Source: Ostreococcus lucimarinus
Lineage: Eukaryota
DNA: 64,000 bases
Direction: 5' to 3' (one strand)
Assembly (NCBI GenBank): GCA_000092065.1
Contig: CP000597.1
Shown here: in pieces, positions 9,548 to 19,629 of the stretch
Layout of the letters: every line of letters starts with the position of its first letter
Numbering within the stretch: position 1 is the stretch's first letter
Made by a program: the position numbers and the translations under genes
The notes under the pieces: model-generated
The model's database searches: none
The model's input: only the letters and a program-made list of their open reading frames with translations
Told to the model about the DNA's origin: nothing

Positions 9548-9872
9548 CCTGGATTGGTTCTCGTCGAGTTTTCTACGTATTTACCGTGATTTAGAGCCAT
9601 GCGTGCCGAAATCGCGATTGCGTTTTGTCCAGCCTGCACACTTACGCACAAACTTAGTGCAGGGCGACTAACAGCATCGCACATAACTTAAGTTCTCGTC
9701 GAGTTTTCTACGTATTTACCGTGCTTTAGATCTATTAGTGCCGAAATCGCGAAAACCGTTTTGTCCAGCCTGCACACTTACGCGTGGGTTGACGACTCTG
9801 CTCCACGACTTCGATTACACGAGTGGAGTGAGTGCGTGCGTGACTACAGAAAAACAACGCGTGGTAAATGAA

Positions 9873-12800
9873 TTAGTTGCCGCGGCGCTGAGCGCCGCGG
9901 AAACCGCCGCCGCGATCGCCGCGATCGTAATCGGCGTCGCGACGGCGGAACTGACGCTGGCGAAACGCGTCTCGCTCGTCGAGGATGCGGAATAAACCGC
10001 CCACGGCGTCGACGATGTTTTCGCTGGCGTCCGGAAGTGGTTTGCGAGGAGCCATGACTTTGAAAGCCAGCGCGGCATCGATCTCGCGACGGACGTCGGT
10101 GAGTAGATCCATGGTATCGGCGCACTGCGAATCGATGACGATCCAGTCGTCGAGCATGGCTCGGTGAGAGGTGGTTCGCTTGTCGCCGTCATCAGACGCG
10201 CCATCGGCGTCGCTCGACGACGCGAGTTCGCCGGATTCGTTCAATAGTCCCGCTTCGGGCGCCTTCGATGCCGTGGCGGCGTCATCACCATCCAGAAAGT
10301 CTCGCTTGGAGAGCTCGTGACCGCCGAGGAGCATGAGCTGCTCGGGGCGCATCGCCGTGACGTCTCGCAAGAACACTTGCGAGCTGAGCATCATCTCTCG
10401 ATACAAGAACCATCGAGGAAGAGGCGTGCGGTCGCGCGGTGGTTTGCGATGGAAAGCTACGCTCGAGGGGTGTAATCCGGCGTGGTCCTCGGTGCGCGTT
10501 CGCAGGGTGCCAAAGTTGCCAAACTGCCGCCGAGCCGCGATGTTCCCGGGGAGTCCTGCCGCCCAAACCGCGGTGAAGAGCGATTCGTTGGCGGCGTTAT
10601 AGTTCACCGATGCATCGTATCGCAGCGTCTTCTTACTCATCGATCGCCCGTCCAAATCGTAATCTTGAACCAATCCGATACGGTTTAGCTCGTGCAAGAG
10701 CTGCGAGCGAACCGAAGTGATGGTGTTCAAAGCGGCGATGGATATGAAATTATCGCTCGCCCAACGCCGAGCGCCGTCCCAGCCTTGATCGTACTGGATA
10801 GTCTGGAACGCATCGTACGCGCGAACAGTGGCGAGTAAATCTGAAGTCGCGCAGAACGATTGTCTGATTTGCCGCGCCTCGTCTCGCATCCCCGGAGGGA
10901 CGTAAAACGGATCCCGAGAGCTGAAACACGCCGCAGCGGTGAGCACTGGATCGAGACATTTCATCACTGCTCCCATGATGAGCATCCGTCCAGTCCCAGG
11001 ATCGAGCGGGAGGATGGACAGCAATCGTCCCATGGGCGTGAGGACTTCGCCTCCAGACGCCTCGTTCGTCTTGATGGCGCCGAGTTTAAAAAGCCTATCC
11101 ATCGCATACTCCACAGTCTCGTCCGACGGAGGGTCCATGGCTTTGGACAAGAAGTGTTGTACTCCGGTGTTGGTCATCGAGCACGTCTGCAAACAAGTCG
11201 CTTCGAGCGCCGTGCGCTGGATCTCTGGCGTCGGTCGTTCCGCCATGGCGTGCAGAGTACCGTGAGAATATATTCGGTAGCACGATCCAGGGGCGACACG
11301 TCCAGCGCGACCGGTTCGTTGTGTCGCGCTTGCGCGCGACGTTCCGACCGTGCCCATCGTCGACATTCCGCTCTCGGCGTTCCAAGACATCTCTCGTACC
11401 AGACCGCTGTCCACCACGGCGAGCACGTCGTTGATGGTGACAGAAGATTCGGCAATGTTCGTCGCTAATATGACCTTCACCACGCCATCTGGCGCCGGTA
11501 TGAACACTTTTTGTTGCTCTTCTTGAGGAATCGTCGAATGAAGTGGTATAACGTTCAACTTCTCGTAAAGCTCGGGGTCGGTGGTCTCCTCCAGTATCGC
11601 CATCGCCGACTTTATCTCATCCCAACCGGGTAGGAAGCACAAGATACTACCCTTACGTCCGGCGTCGGTTTCGATAGCCGCGACGTGTTTAGCGACTTCG
11701 GCGAGGAGTTGAATCGTGAGTTCGCTCACTTCCTTCGTTTCGTTCGCGCCGAATCGCTTACCAGCTCCACTCTTGCCCATGGACGACTCGCCCGTGCGCG
11801 CGTCGCGCATAGCCACCGCTCGACGAAGAGCACGCACGCGAGACGACGCTCGCATGCGACGAGGTGACATTCCTCGATTATTTTCGACGTCTTCCAACTT
11901 CATCGCCATGTCTTCGAGCGCAGGGTCGACGTCGTCGACGTCGTCGTCGTCATCGTCGACATCGTCTTCGTCCTCAGACACTTCCACTTCCACCTGCTCG
12001 TCCTCCGCCGCCGATATGCGCTCAAGTTGCTGCGCAGCGATTTCTTCGGCTTCGGCTTCCTCGAGTTCGCGCTGCAACGCGCGATCCTGCGCCGCGAGCA
12101 AATCTTTCGCAAGCTTTTTCAATCGACTTGGGATTTCTCGCTTACGAGCGTTGAATTCCTCCTCGCTTACAAGACTTTCATCTTCGACTTCGAGCTCGCC
12201 TCCACCGTCTAGCATATCCTCGAGGTGGACGATCTCTACAGGCCATCGCGGTTTCGTCGGTACGCTCATCAAAGGTACCTTTTCCTGCGTATCTTCACCC
12301 GCAAAGTAGTCACTGAACGATTCCGCGTCGAGCGTCGCGCTCATCAAAACGACTCGCAAATCCGGTCGAGTGGTGATGAGTTCGCGGAGCAAGACGAGCA
12401 GAAAGTCGGTGTTAATGTCGCGCTCGTGAACTTCGTCGATCATAACGTGCGAGATACCTTCCAAATTTTGATCTCTCATGAGTCTGCGAAGTAAAACCCC
12501 GGTCGTGACGAATTCAATGTTCGCCGCGTCGCGCGGTGAATTACCGTGTAATCGCACGGCGAAACCCACCGAGTTCCCAATCGGTTCGTCGCGCTCCGCC
12601 GCGACGCGCTCAGCGACAGATATCGCGGCGATACGTCGTGGTTGGGTGACGATAATGCGCGTGTTCGGCCCTTCGCCTTGTTGGATGGCGTCTTCTAAGA
12701 TGTACTGCGGACACTGGGTCGATTTCCCGCTCCCCGTGCCTCCGCTCACGACGACCACTTGATGTGTTTGCAACGCTTTCACGAGATCTTCGCGAATGGC

Positions 12801-14498
12801 TTTGATGGGCAGCGCATCGCGAATTCTCTTCATCTCTGCTTGAGGGCTTTGCTCGTTCTCGACGGCTCTTCGCAATCGCTTTGCCTCTTCCTCGGCGTAT
12901 TCGCTATTCTCCGCCGCAACGCGTTCCGCCGCACGCGACTCGCGCGCAGCCTTGAGTATTTCTTCCGCTTTCGACGGTCCATCGGAGCTTTTACGCCATT
13001 TTGACTCTTGTCGCGCCGAAAACTTGGCCTCAAACTCCGCTTGTAATTCCACTAGCTCAGACATTCTACCGTCGTGTTCCTCGGGCGAACCCATGGCCTC
13101 GACGAGAATATCGATTCCTTTATCCGGTAACGCGGGCATTGACATCATTGATACGTGATTCGCAGGCGAGGCGTCGATGATTCGATTCAACTCTTCGAGC
13201 CGCCTCTCGCCGACGACAGCGGCGAGCGGTTCGCGGACCGCGTTGATTATTGCCTCGGCTTCGCTCGATGCTTTACTCGCACCTTTCCCACTTCCCTCGA
13301 GCTTCTTCCCACCATCAACGAGCATGCTAACTTCAGTGACGAAATTTCGCTGCTTTTGCGACGTCACCATGGACGGTCGCGTCGAATTCAGCATTTCCAA
13401 GAGCATCTGCGCCCTGTTCTTCTTCGCCTGTTGCGACTCCTTCGCTCGCTCCATGAGCATCTTACGCACGTCCGGTGGATCTTTGGGATTGATCCCGCAC
13501 TGCGTGAACTGTTCGTACAAATCTATCAGCGCCAGCGCCTGCGACTCTTTCTTCCCGAACGCCACCCCCGTGTTGACGAGTTCCACCGCGTCGTCCTCCA
13601 TCGCCGTCGCGTCCGCGGGCGTCGGTTGAATCGCCCCGTGCGGCACCACCGTCCTCACCGTCGTGATGAACGTCTGATCGTGCGCCGGTCCGTTCATCGT
13701 CGTCGACATTCTTTGCTTAAACAGCATTTTCATAGCCGCCTTGTGTAAAATATTCCGTACGTTCTGCCCGTCGACGCCGAGTCGCTCCTTGACGCCCTTC
13801 GCGAGTTGCCGCGTCATGATCGCTCGTCCGTTTTCCCCGTGCGTCACCACCGCCGCGGGCGGCGCTTTACTCGATCGTTTCCCTCCCCCTCTCGACTTCG
13901 TTCGCGCGTCCTCGCGTCCCTGCCGCCCCCCTCGTCCTCCCCGTCCGCCCCGTCCGCCGCGTCCTCCGCGCCCTCGTCCCCCGCCTCGCCCTCGACCGCC
14001 TCGCCCTCGACGCTCATCCCTCCCGCCGCCCTCCTCCGCGCGCGCCGCCGTCGCCGTCGCTTTCGCGCGCCCTTCCTTCGTCGCCCACGCGCCGTCGCGC
14101 GCGTTCCCGCGTCCCGGCGCGTTCGCGCGCGCGTCGCCGCTCGCGCGTCGCGTCCCGCCCGCGTCGCCGCTCGCGCGCGCGCGCGCCGTCGTCGTCGCGC
14201 GCGCCGCGGCGAATCGATCGAGCGCGTTCCGGACGCTTCTCGCGCTTCCCGCGCGCGCGACGACCGCGCACGCGCCGAGCGCGCGCCTCGGCGTCGCGCA
14301 CGCCGCCGGCGCGCGCGCGTCGACGCGCGCGCGCGCGCGCGCCGTCGCCGCGACGCGCATCGCCGCCAGCGCGCTCCGGCGCATGCGACCGCGGCGCGCT
14401 CGGGTCGACGCCGCCGGCGCGCGTCGCGCGCGTGTGCGGCGCCGAGGCGCGCGCGCGCGCGCGGCGCGCGGCCGCGCGGCGATGTCGCGTATGCGCAT
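9873..14498 (-). CDS. DEAH-box ATP-dependent RNA helicase (DHX36/DHX57-like) with RGG/Gly-Arg-rich tracts at both termini
   Basis: Uninterrupted 4.6 kb ORF. Helicase motifs GGTGSGKSTQ (I), DEVHER (II), MSATLD (III), FLPGWDEI, ATNIAESSVTI, QRTGRAGR (VI). N-terminal (GRGG)n and C-terminal RGDRGGGFRG. The first ~150 codons are Ala/Arg-rich, so the real start may be downstream of 14498. Confidence 0.8.
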   Translation of the reverse strand: MRIRDIAARPRAARARAPRRRTRARRAPAASTRARRGRMRRSALAAMRVAATARARARVDARAPAACATPRRALGACAVVARAGSARSVRNALDRFAAARATTTARARASGDAGGTRRASGDARANAPGRGNARDGAWATKEGRAKATATAARAEEGGGRDERRGRGGRGRGGGRGRGGRGGRGGRGGRGGRQGREDARTKSRGGGKRSSKAPPAAVVTHGENGRAIMTRQLAKGVKERLGVDGQNVRNILHKAAMKMLFKQRMSTTMNGPAHDQTFITTVRTVVPHGAIQPTPADATAMEDDAVELVNTGVAFGKKESQALALIDLYEQFTQCGINPKDPPDVRKMLMERAKESQQAKKNRAQMLLEMLNSTRPSMVTSQKQRNFVTEVSMLVDGGKKLEGSGKGASKASSEAEAIINAVREPLAAVVGERRLEELNRIIDASPANHVSMMSMPALPDKGIDILVEAMGSPEEHDGRMSELVELQAEFEAKFSARQESKWRKSSDGPSKAEEILKAARESRAAERVAAENSEYAEEEAKRLRRAVENEQSPQAEMKRIRDALPIKAIREDLVKALQTHQVVVVSGGTGSGKSTQCPQYILEDAIQQGEGPNTRIIVTQPRRIAAISVAERVAAERDEPIGNSVGFAVRLHGNSPRDAANIEFVTTGVLLRRLMRDQNLEGISHVMIDEVHERDINTDFLLVLLRELITTRPDLRVVLMSATLDAESFSDYFAGEDTQEKVPLMSVPTKPRWPVEIVHLEDMLDGGGELEVEDESLVSEEEFNARKREIPSRLKKLAKDLLAAQDRALQRELEEAEAEEIAAQQLERISAAEDEQVEVEVSEDEDDVDDDDDDVDDVDPALEDMAMKLEDVENNRGMSPRRMRASSRVRALRRAVAMRDARTGESSMGKSGAGKRFGANETKEVSELTIQLLAEVAKHVAAIETDAGRKGSILCFLPGWDEIKSAMAILEETTDPELYEKLNVIPLHSTIPQEEQQKVFIPAPDGVVKVILATNIAESSVTINDVLAVVDSGLVREMSWNAESGMSTMGTVGTSRASATQRTGRAGRVAPGSCYRIYSHGTLHAMAERPTPEIQRTALEATCLQTCSMTNTGVQHFLSKAMDPPSDETVEYAMDRLFKLGAIKTNEASGGEVLTPMGRLLSILPLDPGTGRMLIMGAVMKCLDPVLTAAACFSSRDPFYVPPGMRDEARQIRQSFCATSDLLATVRAYDAFQTIQYDQGWDGARRWASDNFISIAALNTITSVRSQLLHELNRIGLVQDYDLDGRSMSKKTLRYDASVNYNAANESLFTAVWAAGLPGNIAARRQFGNFGTLRTRTEDHAGLHPSSVAFHRKPPRDRTPLPRWFLYREMMLSSQVFLRDVTAMRPEQLMLLGGHELSKRDFLDGDDAATASKAPEAGLLNESGELASSSDADGASDDGDKRTTSHRAMLDDWIVIDSQCADTMDLLTDVRREIDAALAFKVMAPRKPLPDASENIVDAVGGLFRILDERDAFRQRQFRRRDADYDRGDRGGGFRGAQRRGN

Positions 14499-14835
14499 AC
14501 AGCGCGCGGTTGGTTTTCACGGTCGCGTCGCCCCCGATGCGGTTTACGTGCGCTTTGAAGGGTGCTCGATGTCCGATGAAAGTGCGCGGTGTGACGATAT
14601 ATGCGATGTTCGGACAAACGGCGCGCGCGCGCCGCGATTCGACGATTCGACGATTGGACGACGGGACGCGCGCGACGCGATCGTGATGATAAGTACGCGT
14701 TCGTCGTCGGTTACAACGCGAATAAAACGCGACGCCTCGAGGCGTCGCGCGTCGACGCGGGCGCGCGACGACGACGGCGGCGCGACGAGCGCGCGCGAGC
14801 GGCGCGACGAGCGCGCCGGTCGCGATGGACGGCGA

Positions 14836-15157
14836 GGCGGCGCTTACATGCCGGCAGCCTTGCGCTCTTCCTCCATCTTCTTCGCGGCGGCGGCGCGACG
14901 GGCTTGGATTTCCTTCTCCTCGGCCGCGTTCTTCGCGCGAAGCTCCTCGGGAGAGAGCGTCTTCTCGTCGGAGCCTTCGTAGGCGTTCCAGTTGGACTTG
15001 CCGGCGACGGAATCCTTGAATCCGGCGCTGCGAGCGGACGACGCGACGACGACGGCGCGCGCTTCGTCAGTCTTCCGCGGTTCGAATTTTTTCGCGTCGT
15101 CGCGACGTCGTCGAACCCTCGCGCCCGTCCTCGCGCGATTTCGACGACGCCGTCCTC
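14836..15157 (-). CDS. 3' coding exon of an unannotated small protein (...SAGFKDSVAGKSNWNAYEGSDEKTLSPEELRAKNAAEEKEIQARRAAAAKKMEEERKAAGM*). It has no in-frame ATG, so it is probably preceded by an intron
   Basis: The minus-strand frame ending at TAA (revcomp of 14836-14838) has near-uniform G/C at third positions from about 15070 to the stop. The overlapping listed ORF 14711..15457 is in another frame and is Arg/Pro-rich junk. An in-frame TGA lies at 15158-15160. Confidence 0.3.
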
Positions 15158-15941
15158 GTCATCCTCGTCATCCTCGTCAGCATCGTCGACGTCGCCGCGG
15201 CGTCGTCGCCGCGACGTCGACGACGAGAAAATTTCCCTCGCGACGCCCCTCGACCCGCCCTCGCGCGCGTCGCGCCGCCGTATTTCTCCCGTGCCGACGC
15301 GCGTCGCGTCGCGTTCGCCCGCGCGTCGCGCGCGCGCCCGCGCGCGCGCGCGCGCGTAACGCATAGGGGGGCCCATCGCGCGAAATCGCGCGTCGCGTCG
15401 TCGCGGCGTCCCGCGTCGCGCGACCTCGCGTCGCGTCGCGCGTCGCTCGAGACGCACCGCGCGGAGACGTTGCGCTTGAATTGCGCCGGCGCGTTCGCGC
15501 GAACGGCCGCGGAGGAGGTGACGAGGGCAAACATCGTGTCGGAGCGCGTGCGTGTGTGTCGCGCGGGGTCGACGCGCGCGCGCTGGATAAGGATAAACCC
15601 TTGTATTTTTTCGCGAAAATCGGGTATGTTCGTCGCGTTTTCGGGTGACGGGCGTCGGTTACGCGTAATTAGCCATTTCGGCGCTAATATACGTGTCGTT
15701 TCCATGTGATTAGGCGTTTCGGCGGTCGTATACGTGCCGGTCGCGTGCATCCCGCGTGATGCGCCGTTTCGGCGCTCGTATGCGTGTGAATTCCATGTGA
15801 TTAGGCGTTTCGGGGCTCGTGTACGCGTCAGCGCCGCGCGCGGGTGCGATTCGGCCGTTGCGCGGTCGCGCGCGGTCGCGCGCGCACATCGCGACGCCGC
15901 GACGCCGCGCGAAACGCGTCGCGCGCGACGCGAGCGTCGCC

Positions 15942-18371
15942 ATGCGCGCGGACGATCCCGACGCCGACGCGTGCCTGTCCGACGGCGCGCGCGCGCGCGT
16001 GGACGCGCGACGCGCGCTCGCGGACGCCGAGAGGGGAACCGACGCGCGACGCGCGACGCGACGGCCGCGGACGCTCGCGCGCGTCGATCGCGACGACGGG
16101 CGAGGCGCGAGGGCGAGCGAGACGATCGCGGACGTCGACGGCCGACGACGGGCGATCGAAGCGAGCGTCAGGCGGGAGTACGAGCGAGCGCTGCGACGAC
16201 GCGCGGCGCGGTGCGAGACGCTCGAGCGCGAGGGCGAGGCGCGCGAGCGAGCGACGCGCGAGCTCGAGGCGCGACGCGCGGCGGAGGCGGAGAGGTTGAG
16301 GACGGAGTTGGAGGCGCGGACGGAGGAGCTGGCGCGCGCGAGAGGAGAGGGCGAGGAGATGGCGAAGGTGAAGGCGCGGGCGGAGGCGGAGGCGGAGACG
16401 CGCGCGCGCGCCGAGGCGGAGAACGAGACGCTGCGACGGCGGTGTGAGGAGGCGTGCGCGAGCGAAAAGAGCGCGAGGGAAAGCTTGGAAGAGCGCACGC
16501 GCGAGCTCGAGCGTTTGGCGAGCGCGATGGAGGCGGTGAAGGCGGATGCGACGCGAGCGAGGACGGCGAGCGAAAAGGCGAGCGAGCGGTGCGCCGAGCA
16601 AGAGGCGCGCGTATTTCGAGCGGTGCGTGCGGCGGAGAGAATGAAGCAGCGCGTCGAGGAAGCGGAACAACGCGCCAGTCGTGCGCAACGCGCTATGGCG
16701 TCGAGCGATGAGTCCAACGCGGCGCACAGTTGCGAGCTCGTCGAGCGTGCGAAGAGAGAAATCACCGACGCGCGTCGGCGAAACGAAGATTTGGAAACTC
16801 GTCTGACGCAGACGACGAGCGAGTTGGAGGCGTTGAGAGAAAAACTCGGTCCGGACATGGAGCGTGCGCGGTTAGAGGGTGCGCAATCCTATCGCGTTCG
16901 CATCGAGGCTCTGACGACCGCGCGAGACGACCTTCAACGCGAAGTCGAGGCGAGGCAGAGCAAAATCGACGAGCTCGAACGCGCCGACGCCAAAGCGCGC
17001 GCGCGGTACGACGAACTCAGGCGTGGAGCGGAGTTTAAGATTCAGACTCTCGAGCAACGCTGCGCGAACGCCGAGCGGCGCGTGTTGGAGAAGGAGGCGA
17101 GCGTGCGCGTGGCTGCGACGGCGCGCGACGCGGCTGAGCGACGGTGCGAAGAGCACGAAAAGATTCTCGAGAAGTCGTCGTCGCAAGACGTCGTCATCAC
17201 TTCTTTGCTCGCTAAGCTCGAGCAACGCGTGTGCGAGCTGTATGCCAAAGCCGACAGCGCGGCAAAGCTCATGCAAACGCAGCGTAAAGGAGACGCGACA
17301 AAAATGGCAAAGTTGCAGGCTCGCGTTCGCGCGGCGAGACGCGCGCGAGACGCCGCGAAGACGCGAGCGTCGCGACTCGTTCGAGAAAATGAAGAGTCCT
17401 TGATGCGCATTGGAATCATGGAAGTTCAATTGAAAGATGCCGAGCGTATGATCGAGAACGCCAACCGCGAGTGGTTGGCGGAATGTAGACGTCGCGAAAC
17501 CGCGGAGAGCGTCTCGTCCCGCGCCGAGGACGAACTCGGGGAGATCAGAGCGAAGATGAACGCGCTCGAGAGCGACAGAGCGGTGGTGCAGCGCGAAAAC
17601 CAAAAGTCATACGCCATGGCGCTCGAGCAAAACGTTCACGCCGAGGAGCGCATCGCTGAATTGACGAGTCAACTGGAGGCTTTGAAGTCGGACCTTGCCG
17701 CCGCTTCGGAAGCGTTGGCGGCGGCTCAAGTGGACGTGAATGCGGCGACAACCCGCGAGCAGTCGCTTCGCTGGAAATCTCAGGAGTTGGAGTCGTCGAA
17801 CGCCAACCTTCAGCGCGCGATCGACGAGCAGCGCGCCGCAATCGACGAACGCGACGGCGTCGAAGCCACCTTGGCCAAGCGAGAGGAAGAGCTCGCCAAC
17901 GCCGAGGCGCGCTCAGCTCGACTCGACTGTGAGCTCACGGATGCGAAGATCGACGCGCGACGCGCGAAAGAGGCGATGGCAAAAATGCAAAGCGAGTTGG
18001 ACGCGCTGCGAGCCCAGAGACCGGCGTCATCGCTCTCGAGCGAGCTCGCCGTCGTCGAGGCGATTCGCCGCGACCTTGCCACCCCCGAACCCGCGAAGAC
18101 AGTTCCAGGCGCGCTCGCACTGAGCCCCGACCAAGTTCAGCCATCATCCACGACGGCGACGACGACGACGACGATCATCGTCGACGCACCGCCGGAACAG
18201 AAGGAACAGACTCGGTCGACGCAACCGTCGCCCGCGCGTCGCGCGCGACGCCGCGCCAATCCGTTCGCCGACAAGGAGAACCCCGACGCCTCTCCCAAGC
18301 TCACCGCCGTCCCTCGCCGACAACACACCAACGCCCCTCTGTCCCCGTTATCACTCCTAGGCGTGCGATAA
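15942..18371 (+). CDS. long coiled-coil protein (Glu/Ala/Arg/Leu-rich heptads over ~700 aa) with a C-terminal KEN motif (ANPFADKENPDA); hypothetical
   Basis: 2.5 kb ORF with G/C-biased third positions. Start chosen at MRADDPDADA (ATG 15942); ORF-track start 15819 is also possible. Confidence 0.55.
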   Translation: MRADDPDADACLSDGARARVDARRALADAERGTDARRATRRPRTLARVDRDDGRGARASETIADVDGRRRAIEASVRREYERALRRRAARCETLEREGEARERATRELEARRAAEAERLRTELEARTEELARARGEGEEMAKVKARAEAEAETRARAEAENETLRRRCEEACASEKSARESLEERTRELERLASAMEAVKADATRARTASEKASERCAEQEARVFRAVRAAERMKQRVEEAEQRASRAQRAMASSDESNAAHSCELVERAKREITDARRRNEDLETRLTQTTSELEALREKLGPDMERARLEGAQSYRVRIEALTTARDDLQREVEARQSKIDELERADAKARARYDELRRGAEFKIQTLEQRCANAERRVLEKEASVRVAATARDAAERRCEEHEKILEKSSSQDVVITSLLAKLEQRVCELYAKADSAAKLMQTQRKGDATKMAKLQARVRAARRARDAAKTRASRLVRENEESLMRIGIMEVQLKDAERMIENANREWLAECRRRETAESVSSRAEDELGEIRAKMNALESDRAVVQRENQKSYAMALEQNVHAEERIAELTSQLEALKSDLAAASEALAAAQVDVNAATTREQSLRWKSQELESSNANLQRAIDEQRAAIDERDGVEATLAKREEELANAEARSARLDCELTDAKIDARRAKEAMAKMQSELDALRAQRPASSLSSELAVVEAIRRDLATPEPAKTVPGALALSPDQVQPSSTTATTTTTIIVDAPPEQKEQTRSTQPSPARRARRRANPFADKENPDASPKLTAVPRRQHTNAPLSPLSLLGVR

Positions 18372-18438
18372 ACATCAAATTCGTCTCTTCGCGCGTCGCC
18401 GCCGCCGCGCCCCGTCGCCTCACAACGAGTCGCTCGCC

Positions 18439-19533
18439 ATGCGCACCGACGGAGGCGTCGACGCCTCCGTCGGCGCCCTCGATCCGATGCGCGATGAGGT
18501 CACGCTTCGAACGCGCGTCGTCGCCAGCGCTTGCGCCGCGAGCGTCGCCGCCGTCGTCACCAATCCACTCGACGTCATCAAGACACAAATCCAAGCCAAC
18601 CACGCCGCGCTGGCGCGAATCAACCGCCTGAACCTCGCGCCGTACAGCGCAAAGTCGTGCCCGACGACGTGCCCGACGACCGGCAGCGCGACGTACATGT
18701 GCGCGCCCGAGTGCGCGCTGCCGACGAAGACGCTGGACGCGGCGCGAACGCTGGCGAGACGCGAGGGCGCGCGAGGGTTCTGGCGAGGCACCGGTGGGGC
18801 GCTGTTCGTCGCGCTGCCGGCGGTTGGCATATATTTGCCGTGCTACGACTACGCCCTGCGATGGTTGATCGAGAGTGGGGGCGTGGGAGAGAACGCGGCG
18901 CCGGCGCTCGCGGGGGCGGCGAGTCGAACGTTGGCGGTGTCGGCGTGCGCGCCGTTAGAGTTGGCCCGCACGCGCGTGTTAGCGACGCGTCGCGGGAGTC
19001 CGGGGGTGTATGGACAGAGCGGGGGACGGGCGTTCGTGGGAGCGCTCAGAGAGAGCGCGGGGGGAAGAGGAGGCGGGATGTTGGCGGGCGCTCGAAACGC
19101 GTGGACGGGCGTCGGGCCGACGCTGGCGAGAGACGTGCCGTACAGTGCGATGTATTGGTACGCCGTCGAGCAGTTCCGGTCGATACTCGGAGGCGACGTC
19201 GCGGGACATCGTCGAGAACGAACGACGCGAGAGTTGGCGGGGATCAATTTCGTGAGCGGGTGCGCGGCGGGCGCCGCGGTGGCGGCGCTCACGACGCCTC
19301 TGGACGTCGTGAAGACTCGCGTGCAAATACGCGATATCGCGCCAGTAGACTTTGCTTCTTCCACTGAGACCGTTCCGGGTGTATCTCGTCGTGGGATCGT
19401 GGGTGAACTCGCACACATCGCGCGCACCGGGGGAGTCGACGCGTTGTTCGCGGGGTGGGGCCCCAGAGCCGCTCGAGCGGCGCCTACGGGTGCGATCGTC
19501 CTGGTTGCGTACGAGGTCGTGAAGACGATGTGA
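18439..19533 (+). CDS. mitochondrial carrier family protein, SLC25A39/40 (MTM1)-like, with a Cys-rich insertion in the first matrix loop
   Basis: Three carrier repeats with PLDVIKTQIQ and PLDVVKTRVQ signatures. Insertion ...SAKSCPTTCPTTGSATYMCAPECALPTKTLDAARTLARREGARGFWRG... is typical of the SLC25A39/40 subfamily. Confidence 0.75.
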   Translation: MRTDGGVDASVGALDPMRDEVTLRTRVVASACAASVAAVVTNPLDVIKTQIQANHAALARINRLNLAPYSAKSCPTTCPTTGSATYMCAPECALPTKTLDAARTLARREGARGFWRGTGGALFVALPAVGIYLPCYDYALRWLIESGGVGENAAPALAGAASRTLAVSACAPLELARTRVLATRRGSPGVYGQSGGRAFVGALRESAGGRGGGMLAGARNAWTGVGPTLARDVPYSAMYWYAVEQFRSILGGDVAGHRRERTTRELAGINFVSGCAAGAAVAALTTPLDVVKTRVQIRDIAPVDFASSTETVPGVSRRGIVGELAHIARTGGVDALFAGWGPRAARAAPTGAIVLVAYEVVKTM

Positions 19534-19629
19534 AAGATAGATTTAGATAGCGCGTTAACGATGAGCGACTTAGCACTAGCTAGCATTACAGAATATTATT
19601 TAGTCGATTGTTTTGACGAGAACAGCGCA

